Assembly (NCBI GenBank): GCA_010093815.1
Contig: ML996565.1
Strand: one strand, 5' to 3'
Source of the DNA: Pseudovirgaria hyperparasitica
Lineage: Eukaryota
Length of the DNA: 64,000 nucleotides
Shown one piece after another: positions 27,515 through 40,500 of this stretch. The notes beneath the pieces are model-generated. The model did no database searches. It saw only the letters and a list, made by a program, of their open reading frames with translations, and had not been told where the DNA came from. A program made the position numbers and the translations under genes. Every line of letters starts with the position of its first letter. The first letter of the stretch is position 1.

Positions 27515-28439
27515 ACGCCTAAAAACCTACCTAATTATTAGTTAAGGGCTGCCCTTAACTAATAATCCGGGCTAAGGTTTACCCGCGCTAAGAGGTTTAC
27601 TAGGGGCGTATTTTATTTATATTAAGGTCTTTCTTTTAGGCGTTCTTTACACGGTTTGTTACACGGTTACTATACTACTAAGGGTAGTAGTTCTATAGGC
27701 CGGGGAGGTATATATGGAAGGCCGCTCCTATAGCCCTATATATATATATCCCTAGCTCGATCACATGGCTTTATTATATATTTAAGGAGGGCGTTTTCCT
27801 TGGTCATTCTACTCGGCGCGCTTCCCCCATTACTAATATTCGACTATTTAACCTTTTCTTACGTTTATAGGCCTCTATGGGTATTAATTATTAGGCTTAG
27901 CTATTAAAGAATTAATTAAGAGTATTATATAGACCCGTTCTATCGTAAAAGAGAACTAATAAGAAGTCGTGCGTTTAAAGAGAACTTATAATACCTAGGA
28001 GAGATACTTGTGAGTTCGTCGCGACTACTATACTAGGAACACAGCCATTTATAAAAGGGATACACGTAGCGATGGCTCACCACAATAGGCACTAGGCTTA
28101 GGACTAGATCGGGTGGTTTTCCGCGTGGGCGATATAAACGGTATATTTAGAAGCCTACTATAACGTATTAACTATAATCCAACTATATAGGAACGTCGCG
28201 CTATGAGTATAGTAGCGGGATTCATCCGTCTAGCGCGCGTAGGTAAGCTCGAGATATATATACGCCGATAGATATCGGCATATATCGATATATTACGACT
28301 ACTAAGCGGTGTATACTAATATATGCCGGTATATCCGGTATATACCGGTATAATACCGTCGCTCTTCCGTGGACATAATACTATTTATATATCTTAGGTT
28401 TTTAGTTATTAGTTATGTATAGTATTATATATATAGCGG

Positions 28440-29130
28440 ATACCTTACTAGATTTAGGTCTTTCGTCGATAGTATATAGGTACGCCCTAGTCTACTTAAT
28501 ATAGGCGTAGTCGACGCTTTATCTACTTAAACGATAGACATTAATAACGACGCGACTAGTATATTTACCTATTATATTATTAGCTAGCTAACGTTATATT
28601 AGGAGAGTCGAGCGCCGCCGTCCCGTCTACTCCACCCGTCGATGTTAATATGCTAGTAATTATAACCTAATCGCCTTACGAATCGATATATAATACCGGT
28701 ACACTCGAGAGTTCGAGCGAACGTATAAAAGTCTAATATTATATACTATTTAGAGCTAGGGAGGAAGCGTCTACCGGCGTAGTAGTTATTAAGGCGATGG
28801 TGGAAGTCTATATATAACTAGATATACTAAGTCCGCCTCCTTCTTATATGGTCCTATCGCTAGATAATGTTACCGGTTTTAATATTACGGGAGAGGAGTT
28901 TATAGACACGAACCCATGAATATCGGTATAATATCGGCTCGATAGTACGTATTATAGTATAAGGCAAGTTATATTTAAGCGGTAGTTAGACACGTGCGCT
29001 AGTATACTAATAGATATATAGTATCTCTACCATAAATAGAATAGGTAAGGCATGGCTAGTAATATCTTACTATCTAGAAGAGATAGTTACCATAGAATTT
29101 AGGAGATAGGCTCGGCGTCTATGGCGTTAG
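28440..29130 (+). pseudogene. Small multi-intron gene remnant of unknown function in element D
   Basis: Three intron-like units (GCTAAC..TTAG about 28600; GTAT..CTAAT..TTAG about 28723-28753; GCAAGT/ACTAAT..TAG about 28965-29021) separate coding-like segments. Confidence 0.3.
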
Positions 29131-29588
29131 TATGTTAGACGGTTAAACTTTTATATAATACTATTTACTTATACCTATATTTACCTAAGCCCCGATTCGA
29201 TAGCCTTCTATAACATACTATATACTCGGTCGGCGAGCTACTAGACTTATATAATAGTAGTATACTACCCCACTTTATATACTACTTAAGCTACTATTAC
29301 TTTAGCCTACGTTAATCTTAGCTTCCTTTAGTCGTCCCTATATTATAAAAGAAAACTTCTATAAACCTTTCCTCTACTTATCTTAGTTTTTAAACCTAAA
29401 TCTTACCTTCTATACTTTATTCTATATTAATCACGACTATATACGAACGCTACGTCGAACTCGACTCTATTAACCCTTAAGGTCTATTCTATATAATAGT
29501 TAACGAGGTCATATTTATAGTTCATAATATGGATTAAGAACTTATTACATTCGGTAATGTTTAGGACTAGTCTACGCTTAACGTAATT

Positions 29589-29790
29589 AAGCCTTACGTT
29601 TAAGCCGAGCCTTACGCTTAAGCCGATTCTTACGTTTAAGCCGAGCCTTACATTTAAGCCGATCCTTACGTTTAAGTCAAGCCTTACGTTTAAGCCAATC
29701 CTTACGTTTAAGCCGATCCTTACGTTTAAGCCGAGCCTTATATTTAAGCCGAGCCTTATATTTAAGCTAAGCCTTACGCTTAAGTCGAAG
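29589..29790 (+). repeat. 18-bp coding tandem repeat, about 11 copies (de-RIP E/D-P-H-V-Q-A)
   Basis: TTAAGCCGAGCCTTACGT units, in frame in the helicase N-terminus. Confidence 0.9.
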
Positions 29791-30317
29791 CTTATAATAC
29801 GACTACCGTCTCGACTAATAATAAACCACTCGTCTTTAGTATACTTACCGGTAACTACCGTCCTAACGACGAGTATAAACTTAAGAAGGTCTAAAGTAGT
29901 AAGGCTCCCGTTCCTACTTACGCTACCTATTAGATCTCTCTTATATAGGGCGATCTATAGTTAACCTTTAGGAATGTCTATGGTATTAGTAGAGAAACAG
30001 ATGGACTTAAGTAGGAATAAGCGAAAACTTAAGCTGAGCTTAAGCTAGTAGTATTTAAGGCTCGTGGTAAAGGTCACGGCTTTAAAGAGTCGATTAGTTA
30101 TATATATAGATTCCTTGAATTCCCTAAGTACCGCTCTTAGATTAAGTTACGTGCTCGCTTCCGATAGATTAACGAAGGGAAATCGGTATCCTTAATAAGC
30201 TTACTCCGCTTTAATCGTACTAATATTCTTCTATCGTCCGACTACCCTACGGTATAGATCTTTAAGATTGAGTAAGTAGGCGACTTTATCGAGTATTTTC
30301 CTAAACTTCCTAATCTC

Positions 30318-30918
30318 TATTAGGCACGTGAGGAGCACGTGGCCTACTAGTTAATTATACATGTATATAGTAGTCGTATATAAGTAGTATACTCCACCCT
30401 TAAAGTAGTAGCTTTAAGATTCAGTCCTTTTAGTATAGTTAGTTAGTACGTGGAGCCCGCCTCCTTATATAATCTTAAAGCTACTACGGGGTCACGGGTT
30501 CAACTCTCGGTCTAGTTAACCGTTATTGAATTTCGCACGATTCCGTTTAGCTTACTACGTTACGTATACTTTATGCACGTAACGGATGACATGGTGGTAA
30601 CGTTACTACGGTAAGTTAGCGTGTCTGGTACTGGAGGCGGCATTACGAGTATTGGTTATGTATATACATGGTTTATACTAGGCCTGTTACGGCTAGTTTA
30701 GTTTATCTTTCGTAAGGTAGTATGCCTACGACGCGTAAGGACACGCGCCTTTGAAAAGGGGGATAATGTTAGGCACGTAAGGAGCACGTGGCCTACTAGT
30801 TAATTATACATGTATATAGTAGTCGTATATAAGTAGTGTGCTTCACCCTTAAAGCAGTAGCTTTAAGATTCGGTCCTTTTAGTATAGTTAGTTAGTGCGT
30901 AGAGCCCGCCTCCTTATA
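30318..30918 (+). mobile_element. TRIM (non-autonomous mini LTR retrotransposon), 601 bp
   Basis: 152-bp LTRs at 30318-30469 and 30767-30918. 5-bp TSD ATCTC. PPT gaaaagggggataa. 297-bp noncoding interior. Confidence 0.95.
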
Positions 30919-33900
30919 ATCTCATTATAAGCGAAGCGGATAAAGCCAATATACTATATATTAACACCGGCCTCTACGAAGACCCTCGTGACTTTTAGGT
31001 TATCGAACTTATAGCTAGCGAGCTTCTTAGTGTAGGTTTTACCATCCCGTCGTATATTAGACCCGATATAATACACGAATAAGTAAAGCAATTCTTTAAA
31101 GATCTAGGTGCTTATACTATAGTTCGTATCTTGCTACCGCTACGTAACCCTATGGATTTTACCGGCTTTAATAATAAGCTTAAACTAGAGAGCGATCCGA
31201 TTAATTCATGGTATATAGGAGTTACTACTCCCTATATATAATACGGTATAATAAGTAGGCCGGATACTTAGCCCTAGATCTCTATTCCCTACCGCGAGTC
31301 ATTCGATAAGAAATTTAACTACCTAATATATATCGCTATAAGCACCTTGTAAGACAAATAGACGGATCTCCTATTATCCTAATTCCAAGACGTTACCGTT
31401 AGATATATCTAGCTCTTAGGTGTTACTTAGGCGCTCTTAGCTATCGTCTATCCTATTAATGCGAAAGGATTCTATCGCATAGAACCAGGTAGTCGTGGGT
31501 ACCTTAAAGTGGATTTAAAGGATTATAATGACGACATATACCGCTTTAAAGTCCTTCGATTTTGCCTAGGTATCCTTCTATTTAAATGCCTCGCTCTAAA
31601 AGTCTTTAATAAGGTTAGGCGTCCTCCTAAAGCACCTAAGGTACTAATTATATTAATGGATGCGGTTACTAATATAACTCGAGCTCGTCCTAAACATTTT
31701 ATTCGGACTAGCGATACTAGTTTAAGTATAATTAGGTCGTCCCTTACTACGCTTATAGAGTTTACGGACGTTCCGGCTTTAGTTAGCGTATAAACCTATG
31801 ATAAGCTTACTAAGCAACGTATTAATACGTGCTAGAAACTAACCTACCACGCCGTGTAAGCTTCTAGAGACGGCGGCGCAGACGACCACGCCGCTTAGGA
31901 TACGTTTAATACGATGGTCCTTAATGTTATTATGGACTCGGTGTCTATATCTCTAATATATAGGTCCCCTAACCCTAACGACGAGATTCTAGATTATAGT
32001 ATAGAGCCTTAGGATACCCTTGTTACTCTTTCTAAATTATCTATATCCCTAGATAATAATAAGGATACGAATATAGAATATAGTTACGATGTTATTAGCG
32101 ACGAAGGTTCTATTACTAGCCCCGTCGCCGATATATACACACTCCTAATATTATCCAAAGTCTACTCTAGTGTCCTATCCCCTTTACCACCCTCTATATA
32201 GGACCTAATACTCGGTAATAACTACCTAAATCTTTAACCCGTCGACTACAACCGCTATATTAAAGATTATGAAAGATTCTATAATCTCTAGGATATTATA
32301 CGTTCGGAACTATCTCCCTAATAATAGTATACCTATATATAGGCGATAGACGTACTTAGGGCTTAGTTCCTACTTTACGGCTATAGAGGAGCTAGGAAGA
32401 GCCATTTATAGCTTCGTCTACTACTAGCTACACTTCTAATTAATGAAATAAACGGTGCTCCTATTATCACTTATACTACTAAGGTAGTCATCCTATCTAG
32501 CGATGTAATAGCGCACCTCCCTACGCTAGGTTCCACCTAAATATATAGAATATATATACATGTTATTATCGGCCTAACTAACGAAACCTACGACGACGCT
32601 ATAAGAAAAGCATATAAATATACGAGTAATATATTTACTTACTATAAGTCTCTAAAGATACTAGTTATTCTTTAAAGATACCCCGAAGCCGTTAATCGAG
32701 AGGTTTTCTTTACTATAGCTAGACTATCTTATCGCGGCGACCCTCTTATCGGGCTAACCTAGGATAATATAATAGGCGGTACTATCCTCGCGTAAGCCTA
32801 GGCCGACTATAGTAAATAACTATCGGAATATAGCACGGATCCCCGTGCTCGTCTATAGGAACTATATACCGGTTACGTTACGCTCGAGGTCGTTAGACTC
32901 GTTAAATCTCGATACTAATATGAATAGATCCCTAAGAATTTTAAGAAAGAAACGGCTCGGCTATTACGCGCTATCTATAAACGTTACGCTCGTAATAAGG
33001 ACATATCTAAGGAGGAGTATAATAGGATGAACGAGCTATACCTCGCTACCTAGGACCTAGTTACTATCCACGCCTAGATTTATATAGGGACTCTATATGT
33101 TATGAACATCGCTAAGGTAGCCCGTAATATATATCCGATTTTAGTTATAATAGAAGGGGCTACGTATATCCTTAAAAGTAATATACTCGGGATTATCGTT
33201 AATTATACTACTATGGAATAGTAACCGACATTTATTTACGTCGGCGACCTACGCTAGCTCGACACCTACTAGCGTAATAGTACTAATATATAGACCGTAA
33301 ACCAGAGGATCTCCTTTATAAAGCGCTAGATATAATATAGTTTCCCGACTACTTACCTTACCGAGTTAGAACGCTTAGTTCCTAGTGTAGTGAGCTATCG
33401 CTACGTGTGTCCCTTTTATAAATGGCTGTATTCCTAGTATAGTAGTCGCGACGAACTCACAAGTATCTCTCCTAGGTATTATAAGTTCTCTTTGAACGCA
33501 CGACTTCTTATTAGTTCTCTTTTATAATAGGACGGGTCTATATAATACTCTTAATTAATTCTTTAATAGCTAAGCCTAATAATTAATACCTATAGAGGCC
33601 CATGAACGTAAGGAAAGGTCGAATAGTTAAATATTAGTAATGGGGAAAGCGTGCCGAGTAGAATGACCAAGGAAAACGCCCTCCTTAAATATATAATAAA
33701 GCCATGTAATCGAGCTAGGGACATATACATATAGGGCTATAGGAGCGGCCTTCTATATATACCTCCCCGGCCTATAGAACTACTACCCTTAGTAGTATAG
33801 TAACCGTGTAAGAAACCGTGTAAAGAACGCCTAAAAGAAAGACCTTAATACGAATAAAATGCGCCCCTAGTAAACCTCTCGGTACGGGTAAACCTTAGCC

Positions 33901-33955
33901 CGGATTATTAGTTAAGGGTAGCCCTTAACTAATAATTAGGTAGGTTTCTAGGCGC

Positions 33956-36889
33956 CTAATCTTAGTACTTAAGGTTGTGAGCCAGCTTCTAAAGAATCGT
34001 ATCGCTTATCTTAGAGAGGTTAGATTCCTCCTCGTCGGATAGTTCGTTAGGCCTCTCCTATCTATAGAAGTTCTCTTTAACGTTATTTAGGCCCGCGTTA
34101 GACTTAAATTTCTTAAAATTAATTAGCCGCTTAGCGGCCCGCGCCTCGTTAAATTCCTTCTAGAACGACCTATCCCTATAGACTAGCCTTTCCTACCTTA
34201 CTATTTTCTTAAAGGTCTCTATAAATACCCTCGAGCCCTCCTTAAACTAGGCGTCTACCTTAGCTTTAAGTTATTAAGGACTTACGTTAAGCTACGTAGC
34301 TACCTCTTCTTTTACCTCCTAGCTATCCTATCTTTTACGGCTAACTAATACGTTACTAACGGCGTTAAAACTCGGGAGTTAAACTACGGCTAGGAAGGTA
34401 AAAGGAATCGCGCTATATTTATTAGAAAATCCCGATGGAGACGTGGGTCCCGGAGTTAAATTCCTATAAGCTACTACGAGTTATTCCTATATACCTATTT
34501 TAGGTACTTCTATTATTATATAATTAGGGCTAATCGTAATATACCATATAAGTATTATACGTCTTCCACCCTTTACGGGACCCTAGGCGCCGTGTATTAT
34601 TAGTGGGCTAGAGATATATACTTTAAGGGACTAGTAGGGGACCGGGACGAAGGGACTAAATCGTTTCTTATCGTCCGTATTATAGATCTTATCGTTAATA
34701 GCCGTGATTATACTATTTTAATTAACCCTCTTACGGAGCTTAGCCTTCGACTACTATTTATTTAAGAACTTATAGAAGCGGGGAACAATTATAGTGTAGT
34801 TATTACTTCGTTCGTCGTCGAGACTAATACTCCCCTAGATTATATTAAACCCGTATCTATTACTAGGATCGAGGATTCGATTAATGGTGTTATCGAGATA
34901 CTTAAAACCCGTCTTATCGCCCCTATCCTAGGACTTTACATAGTACGGGTACGAGATTAGATAGTAGTTAAGATCGGGCCGAAGAGCAATATAGGTGAGC
35001 TAGTAAAGTAGGCATTACCTAATAAACTATTAGATATAGGAGTGGTATATAGTTCGTAGCTAGCTATAGTTCGATTTCTTATTAAACATGCGCTGGTGGT
35101 ACTTATATATATTAAATTCATCCCTCGCGAGTTCTAGGATACTCTTATTAAGTATAGAGGTCGTCTTTTTAAGTAGCTTAAAGAGCCCTTTAATATTAAT
35201 ACTTCTAGTACGTTCCCACTCGTCGAAGAGTTACCTACCTATCCTACTATCCTCCTTCTAAATTATAAATATAATACTAGTAAGGATAGTTTTAATATTA
35301 ATAACTTACTTCGGGGTCTCTAGGGCCTAGTAACGATAGACACCTAATGCCTCTATTAGATAAGGTGGCCGCGTGTACTTCGCGAACTAGGTATAGCGGT
35401 CCTTATAAACTTTAAGGGCCCCTACGTTATCTCTAAACTTATATACTATTTTAAGTCTCGCTACTAGGTATAAGTAGGACACGCTAACGAGTATATTATT
35501 CTTTCTAGCCACGTCTTAGTAATACTTATAGTAGACTTTATACGGAATAGCTATGTTACCTATCTACGCTTTCTAGCGTACTAGTAGGGCCATTCCCTTA
35601 ATGCTCGTGAAATTCTTCTTTAATAATATAGCTACCTTAAAAGTCTTCGTTACTAAAGGCGCGTATTAATACTTCTTAGGCTCGTCCTCTTCCTTAACCG
35701 ATACTATCATCTTAGGGTGTAAACTAAGAATAACCGGGGATTATCGTGTAGGCGCCCCTAGTAATTACTAAGGGCCGGTAGATAAGGCACGTCCGCGAGT
35801 AGGTTTTATTAGCGTGGCCGTAATAGGTACTAAAGAGGTTCTCGCATGGCCCGGTAAGGGACGTATACTAGTAGTAGTAGAAGAAATGCTTACTTCGAAC
35901 GGACGACTAGCTTCGAAGAGACGACGTACTACTAAACTAGAAGGCGTGCTTCGTGGAGGGGACTTTACTATAGGCGTTATCTACGCTGGTTTTAGTAATA
36001 GTAAGGTCTAAGGCGGAGGCGATATACTTATCTCTTTAATTTATAGATAGTATTCGACGGGCCTATAAACCATTCTACTTATCCGTAACTATTAACTAGC
36101 GGGAATAATAAGTCCCGTCTTATTATAGAACGTTAGTTTATTTTATTAGCTAGGGTAGTTCGAGAGTTACTAGAGAGATAGACCGTCCTTATTACTATTA
36201 CTAGCTAGGGCGGTATCGATATTAGAGCTCTAAAGATATACCTTAATTCCTCTTCCCTTCTATCCCTAGCCGATTCGGGACTATAGAGATACGTTTAACT
36301 AGTTCCTTACTCTCGTCTATATCTACATTCGTAAGAGCGCTACTAGCTTTTCTATAAAGTTCTATATTTACTAGAGCTATCTAAGGGCGGATTAGAGTAA
36401 CTAGCTATTATTATTAGGGAGGTCTTTTCGCTAGTTTTATAGGATTATATTTTTAGCTTTTAGGATACGGGAGTTAGTATCTCTTCTACGACGAATTATC
36501 TCGTGGACTTCTTTTAGAATAGAGGAGTTAATCTTTACCTTACTATACCCTATTACGGCTCCTACTTTCTAGAAGAGGTTAACTATACTACTTAAGAGCT
36601 ATTCTACGAGGCTAGTAATGTGAAGGAGATTATTAAACATATCTAGAATATAGTCCTATCGCTCTTACGGGTCCTAGATAGCGATAATTCGGTTAATGGT
36701 AGACTTATTTACTTCTATAGCTTCTATAGTCTATCCGTACGGAGTAGTAGATGGCCTCGATACTATAATAGCCGTTAATAGCCCTACTTTAGTACTTACG
36801 ACTCTTAACTAGGACCGCGTCTATCTTATTAGTACTTAATAATCTTATAGCTTTTCACGGGTAGGCGTTTTCTTTTTCGGCGGGGCCAT
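33956..36889 (-). pseudogene. A2 extra ORF with PhyH-like 2OG-Fe(II) dioxygenase domain
   Basis: ATG at 36889. The distal His codon CAC is retained at 34594-34592. Confidence 0.75.
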
Positions 36890-37568
36890 TATTATTATCG
36901 GTTCTATCGGCGAGTTACGTTCTAAGGAGAGGTAGTTAAGCGAGGCGGAAGTAGAGAAGAAGGTTTTATTAATTAAGGAGGTATAGAGAGGTATAAGAGG
37001 GAAGAGTTATATACTATCTTAAGTTCTCTTTTTATGCCTCCTCGAATGCCGGGTATATAGTAATTTTTATAAATGATTCTTACTAACGGCCGTAGGCCCG
37101 TATACGTGTCGAATCTATGAATAAATATATACTAGGTATATAGGAAATCTATAAATAAATATGTCTACCGGGTATATAGCGGAATCTATAAATAAATAGA
37201 TACCGGGTATATTCTTATCCTTATAAGACTTCCTATAAGTATCTTTTTCTTCTATATCTTCTTCTTCTTTTCTTCCTTATTAGTTTCTAACGGGGCCCGT
37301 TCTATAGTAACGAAATAGGCCTTCGATAGGTAGGCTTCGATTACACGACCGGTTTTAATATATAGTAGGTGGAATTCGTATAAACGCTATTATATCTTCT
37401 TTCGAGCATTACTTACTTTCATAATAAGTTTTATTATTTTATAGTAATAATAGGGTTTATCATCCTCTTTCGATAATAGAGTTTATCGTCCTTTTTTAAT
37501 AATAGAGTTTATCGTTATAAGGCTGCTTTTATAAGTATCCCTTCCCTCCTTAAAAAAACTTCTATCCC

Positions 37569-40500
37569 CTAGAAGAAGATATCGATTCTAGGGAAACGTA
37601 AATATTCTTCTCTATTAAAGTCTTACGGAGTAGAAATTACTACTTCTACCCGGGTTCGTGTAGCGTCGTCGAGGTGTTCCGTAAGTTATTTATAATAGCT
37701 TTCCTTATCGCTACTCTCCTTATATTCCTTAGTAATTCTTCTAATTAGTAGTCGTAAGGGCTCGTCGTGACTCTTATTACTTATATTTCTTATAAAATAT
37801 TTCTTTAACCTATGGCTAGGAAACGTCCCTCTAAGTATAGCTCTATTAAGCTCCGCGAGCTTATAAGTATAATTAAACACGGACTAGATTCTATATAGCC
37901 CCCTCTAATACTATCTTAGCTTCCGCCCTATATCCTTCTATCGCTATAAGTTATATAGAAGGATAATTATATTAACTAGTAACGACTCTTAACGAAGGTA
38001 ATGGTCGTTATTCTATGCCTCTCTTAATTCCTTACGCGTTCGTGTCGCGTAGGTATAGGCCTCCTTAAGATCCTCGGATCTTCTCTTAAGTTATCTAGCT
38101 TAAAGAGTAAGTAAGTCGGATATTAATCGTATCTCGTTCTAAGGGAGTATTCGGAGCGACTCGAATTCGACTTTAATAGGTATGATTAGTTTATGGCTAA
38201 GCACGAGGTATATAGTACTATACCCTATACTAGCACGTGTCGTTATTCTATCTACCTAGACGACCGTATGGAGGTGGCCGGGCTAGTTCTTGAATCCGCC
38301 ATTAGTTATCTTCGTAAGAGTATTAGCGAGTAGTATAAAACTTCTCTCGATAATTCTATTTACTCGGGAATTATACGTAGATATAACCTTCTAATAAATT
38401 CTATAGAGTCGGAGGAGCTCCTCTATGGCACCTATATTTTCTCTACTACTATTATAGGTGATTTTAGGAATGATTCCGTATCTATAGATCACGTTCTTAA
38501 AGAGGAACTTTATAATAACTATAGACGTGGCCGCCGTACATGCCTCCGCCTTAGTCTATCCGCTTAGCTATTCTCGTATAGATACCACTTTACTATACTC
38601 TATAGAAGGTAGTAGCGTTATTACATCTAAGTATATTCTTTACTAAAGAATAGACGTTATAACGTAGTAGAGCCCTTTATTAAGATCTCCGAGGAGTTTA
38701 CTTCGTTATTAATATTTATTATAGGTTTTTATATACTATCGCACGTCTCTACGTATACCTATCTACTAATACTTATCCTTAATCCTTCCGAGGGTCCCTT
38801 CGCTACCTCTATAATCTATCTTATCGTAAGTAGCGGTAATTATATACGCCCTAGTATTTAGATCCTTAATCACTCGTGTATATTAGTAATACCTATCTCC
38901 TCTCCGCTAGAGTATTCGGTTATACACGAGGAACTTTAGGTAGTCGGTTATAAAGGCCTTATACGCTCGGTCGGTTAGGTTAGTTAGCCTCTTAAGTATA
39001 GTAAGGTACTTCGTAATCCTCTACTATTTATCGCTATATTTATCTATTAAGGGAGACTTAATGGCGGTATAGTCGAGTATCCCTATTATATAATCTCTCC
39101 CGCTAACGGGCTTAATTAACGACGTCTCTAGTACGTCTATATATAGAGTTATATCCACGAACTTATCTAGGTTAAAGGTAGGGACGTCTAGTAGTTCTTC
39201 TCCTTTATATATCCGTAAGATACCGTTAGCGACTACGTTACGCTTCCTAGGTACATGCCTAACTATAAAGTTCTATAGCTAAATCTACGCGAGCCACCTA
39301 GTAATAAGCGCCCCTAGTAAGTTAGTTATGGTACGGTTAATTTAAGTAACTAGAGTATTCGTGTCTATTTCTATAATAAAGTGCGTGCTATAGAGGTATT
39401 ACTAGAACTTCTATAACGCGTGGAGGAGGGCTTGGTACTCTAGCTTCACGGTATCGTAGTTTCTCTTAGCTTTTAACTATATTCCTCTATTATACCGCGA
39501 TGGCTAACGTTTACGATCCTCGTTCTCCTATATTAACGTAGCTCTCTACCTAACGTTACTAGAGTCTACTACTAGAATTATGTCTCCCGTATCTATCCCG
39601 TACTATAACATTATTAGTATAGGAGTAGTAGTTAGAGCTATCTTTAGCGCGTCTATCGAGGTCTACTTCTTAGCTATCTACTACTAGGCCGATTTATTCT
39701 TTAATAGTATAAATAGCGGCGATATAATAATAGCGTACCCGGGGATCTATATCCGGAAATATATATAAACGCCAAGGAAGGCTCATATATTTATCGTGTT
39801 TTTATAGGGTTTCTAGTCCCTAATAGTAGTAACCTTTTTATTACTCGGTCGCCTCCCTTTAATGTCGTAGACGTATCCTATAATATTAGCGGCTTTAATA
39901 TACTACTAAGTCTTCTTACTACTTAGGGTATATCCGGCACGCTCTATATCTATAAGAATCTTATCTACGTTAATTAAATGTTCTAGGATATACCTATAAA
40001 TTCTAGGTAGGGCCTTCTTAGAGTTATATTTCGTCATAGGTCCTTTAATACCTAAGTTATCTAGGAATAGTAGAGCCCTCTCCGGGATATATTCTTATAT
40101 AATAGTTAATATAATCCTAACGAACTAAGCTACTAAATTAGTGGCCCCTTAAGGTAATATTATCCCGTATAGTAATTCTAGGGGCGTTATAAACCCCGTT
40201 AAGTCTCGGTAATGCTCTACTAATAGAATCTAATTATATCCTAAGAAGAAGTTAGTAAACGTTAAGACGGCCATCCCCGTAAAGTACTCTAAGAACTCTT
40301 TATATAACGGCGGCATGGCCGCATTACGAATAGTAACTTAGTTGATTTCTATCGCCGAATTAATTAACCTATAATCTCGTTCCTTATTAGCTTCCTTCTT
40401 CTTTTCCACGAGAAAATAGGCATTTTAATAAGGACTACTATAGGGCTCGAGCCTTCCGCTATTAAGACGCTCTTTTAGGATTATAAGTACCTTCCTATGA

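Larger units (their letters stand above)
16654..28084 (+). mobile_element. Full-length Ty3/gypsy LTR retrotransposon A1 (11.4 kb, non-chromovirus, extra ORF)
   Basis: 372-bp LTRs at 16654-17025 and 27713-28084. 4-bp TSD ATAG. PBS-like TTTT(A/G)GAGGTCG after the 5' LTR and PPT ggggaggtata before the 3' LTR. Confidence 0.96.
15870..28230 (+). pseudogene. Unknown ORF of element D, split by retrotransposon A1 (pieces about 15870-16653 and 28089-28230)
   Basis: The coding-like frame ...ILCKDSLD*VL**AIK*|ALGLGLDRVVFRVGD continues across the A1 TSD. An intron-like GCTAACCTAG lies near 16283-16292. Confidence 0.35.

Noticed and set aside
29589..29790. Tandem arrays (also 3393-3545 and 52859-53035) as possible CRISPR
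   Set aside because: No unique spacers, no cas genes and a eukaryotic context.
30423..30509. Functional tRNA gene
   Set aside because: No anticodon arm or closing acceptor stem. The halves are separated by the LTR end and primer site.
28085..33385. Inversion of the segment between inverted copies A1 and A2
   Set aside because: Each copy keeps its own matching TSD, and the helicase is collinear across A2.
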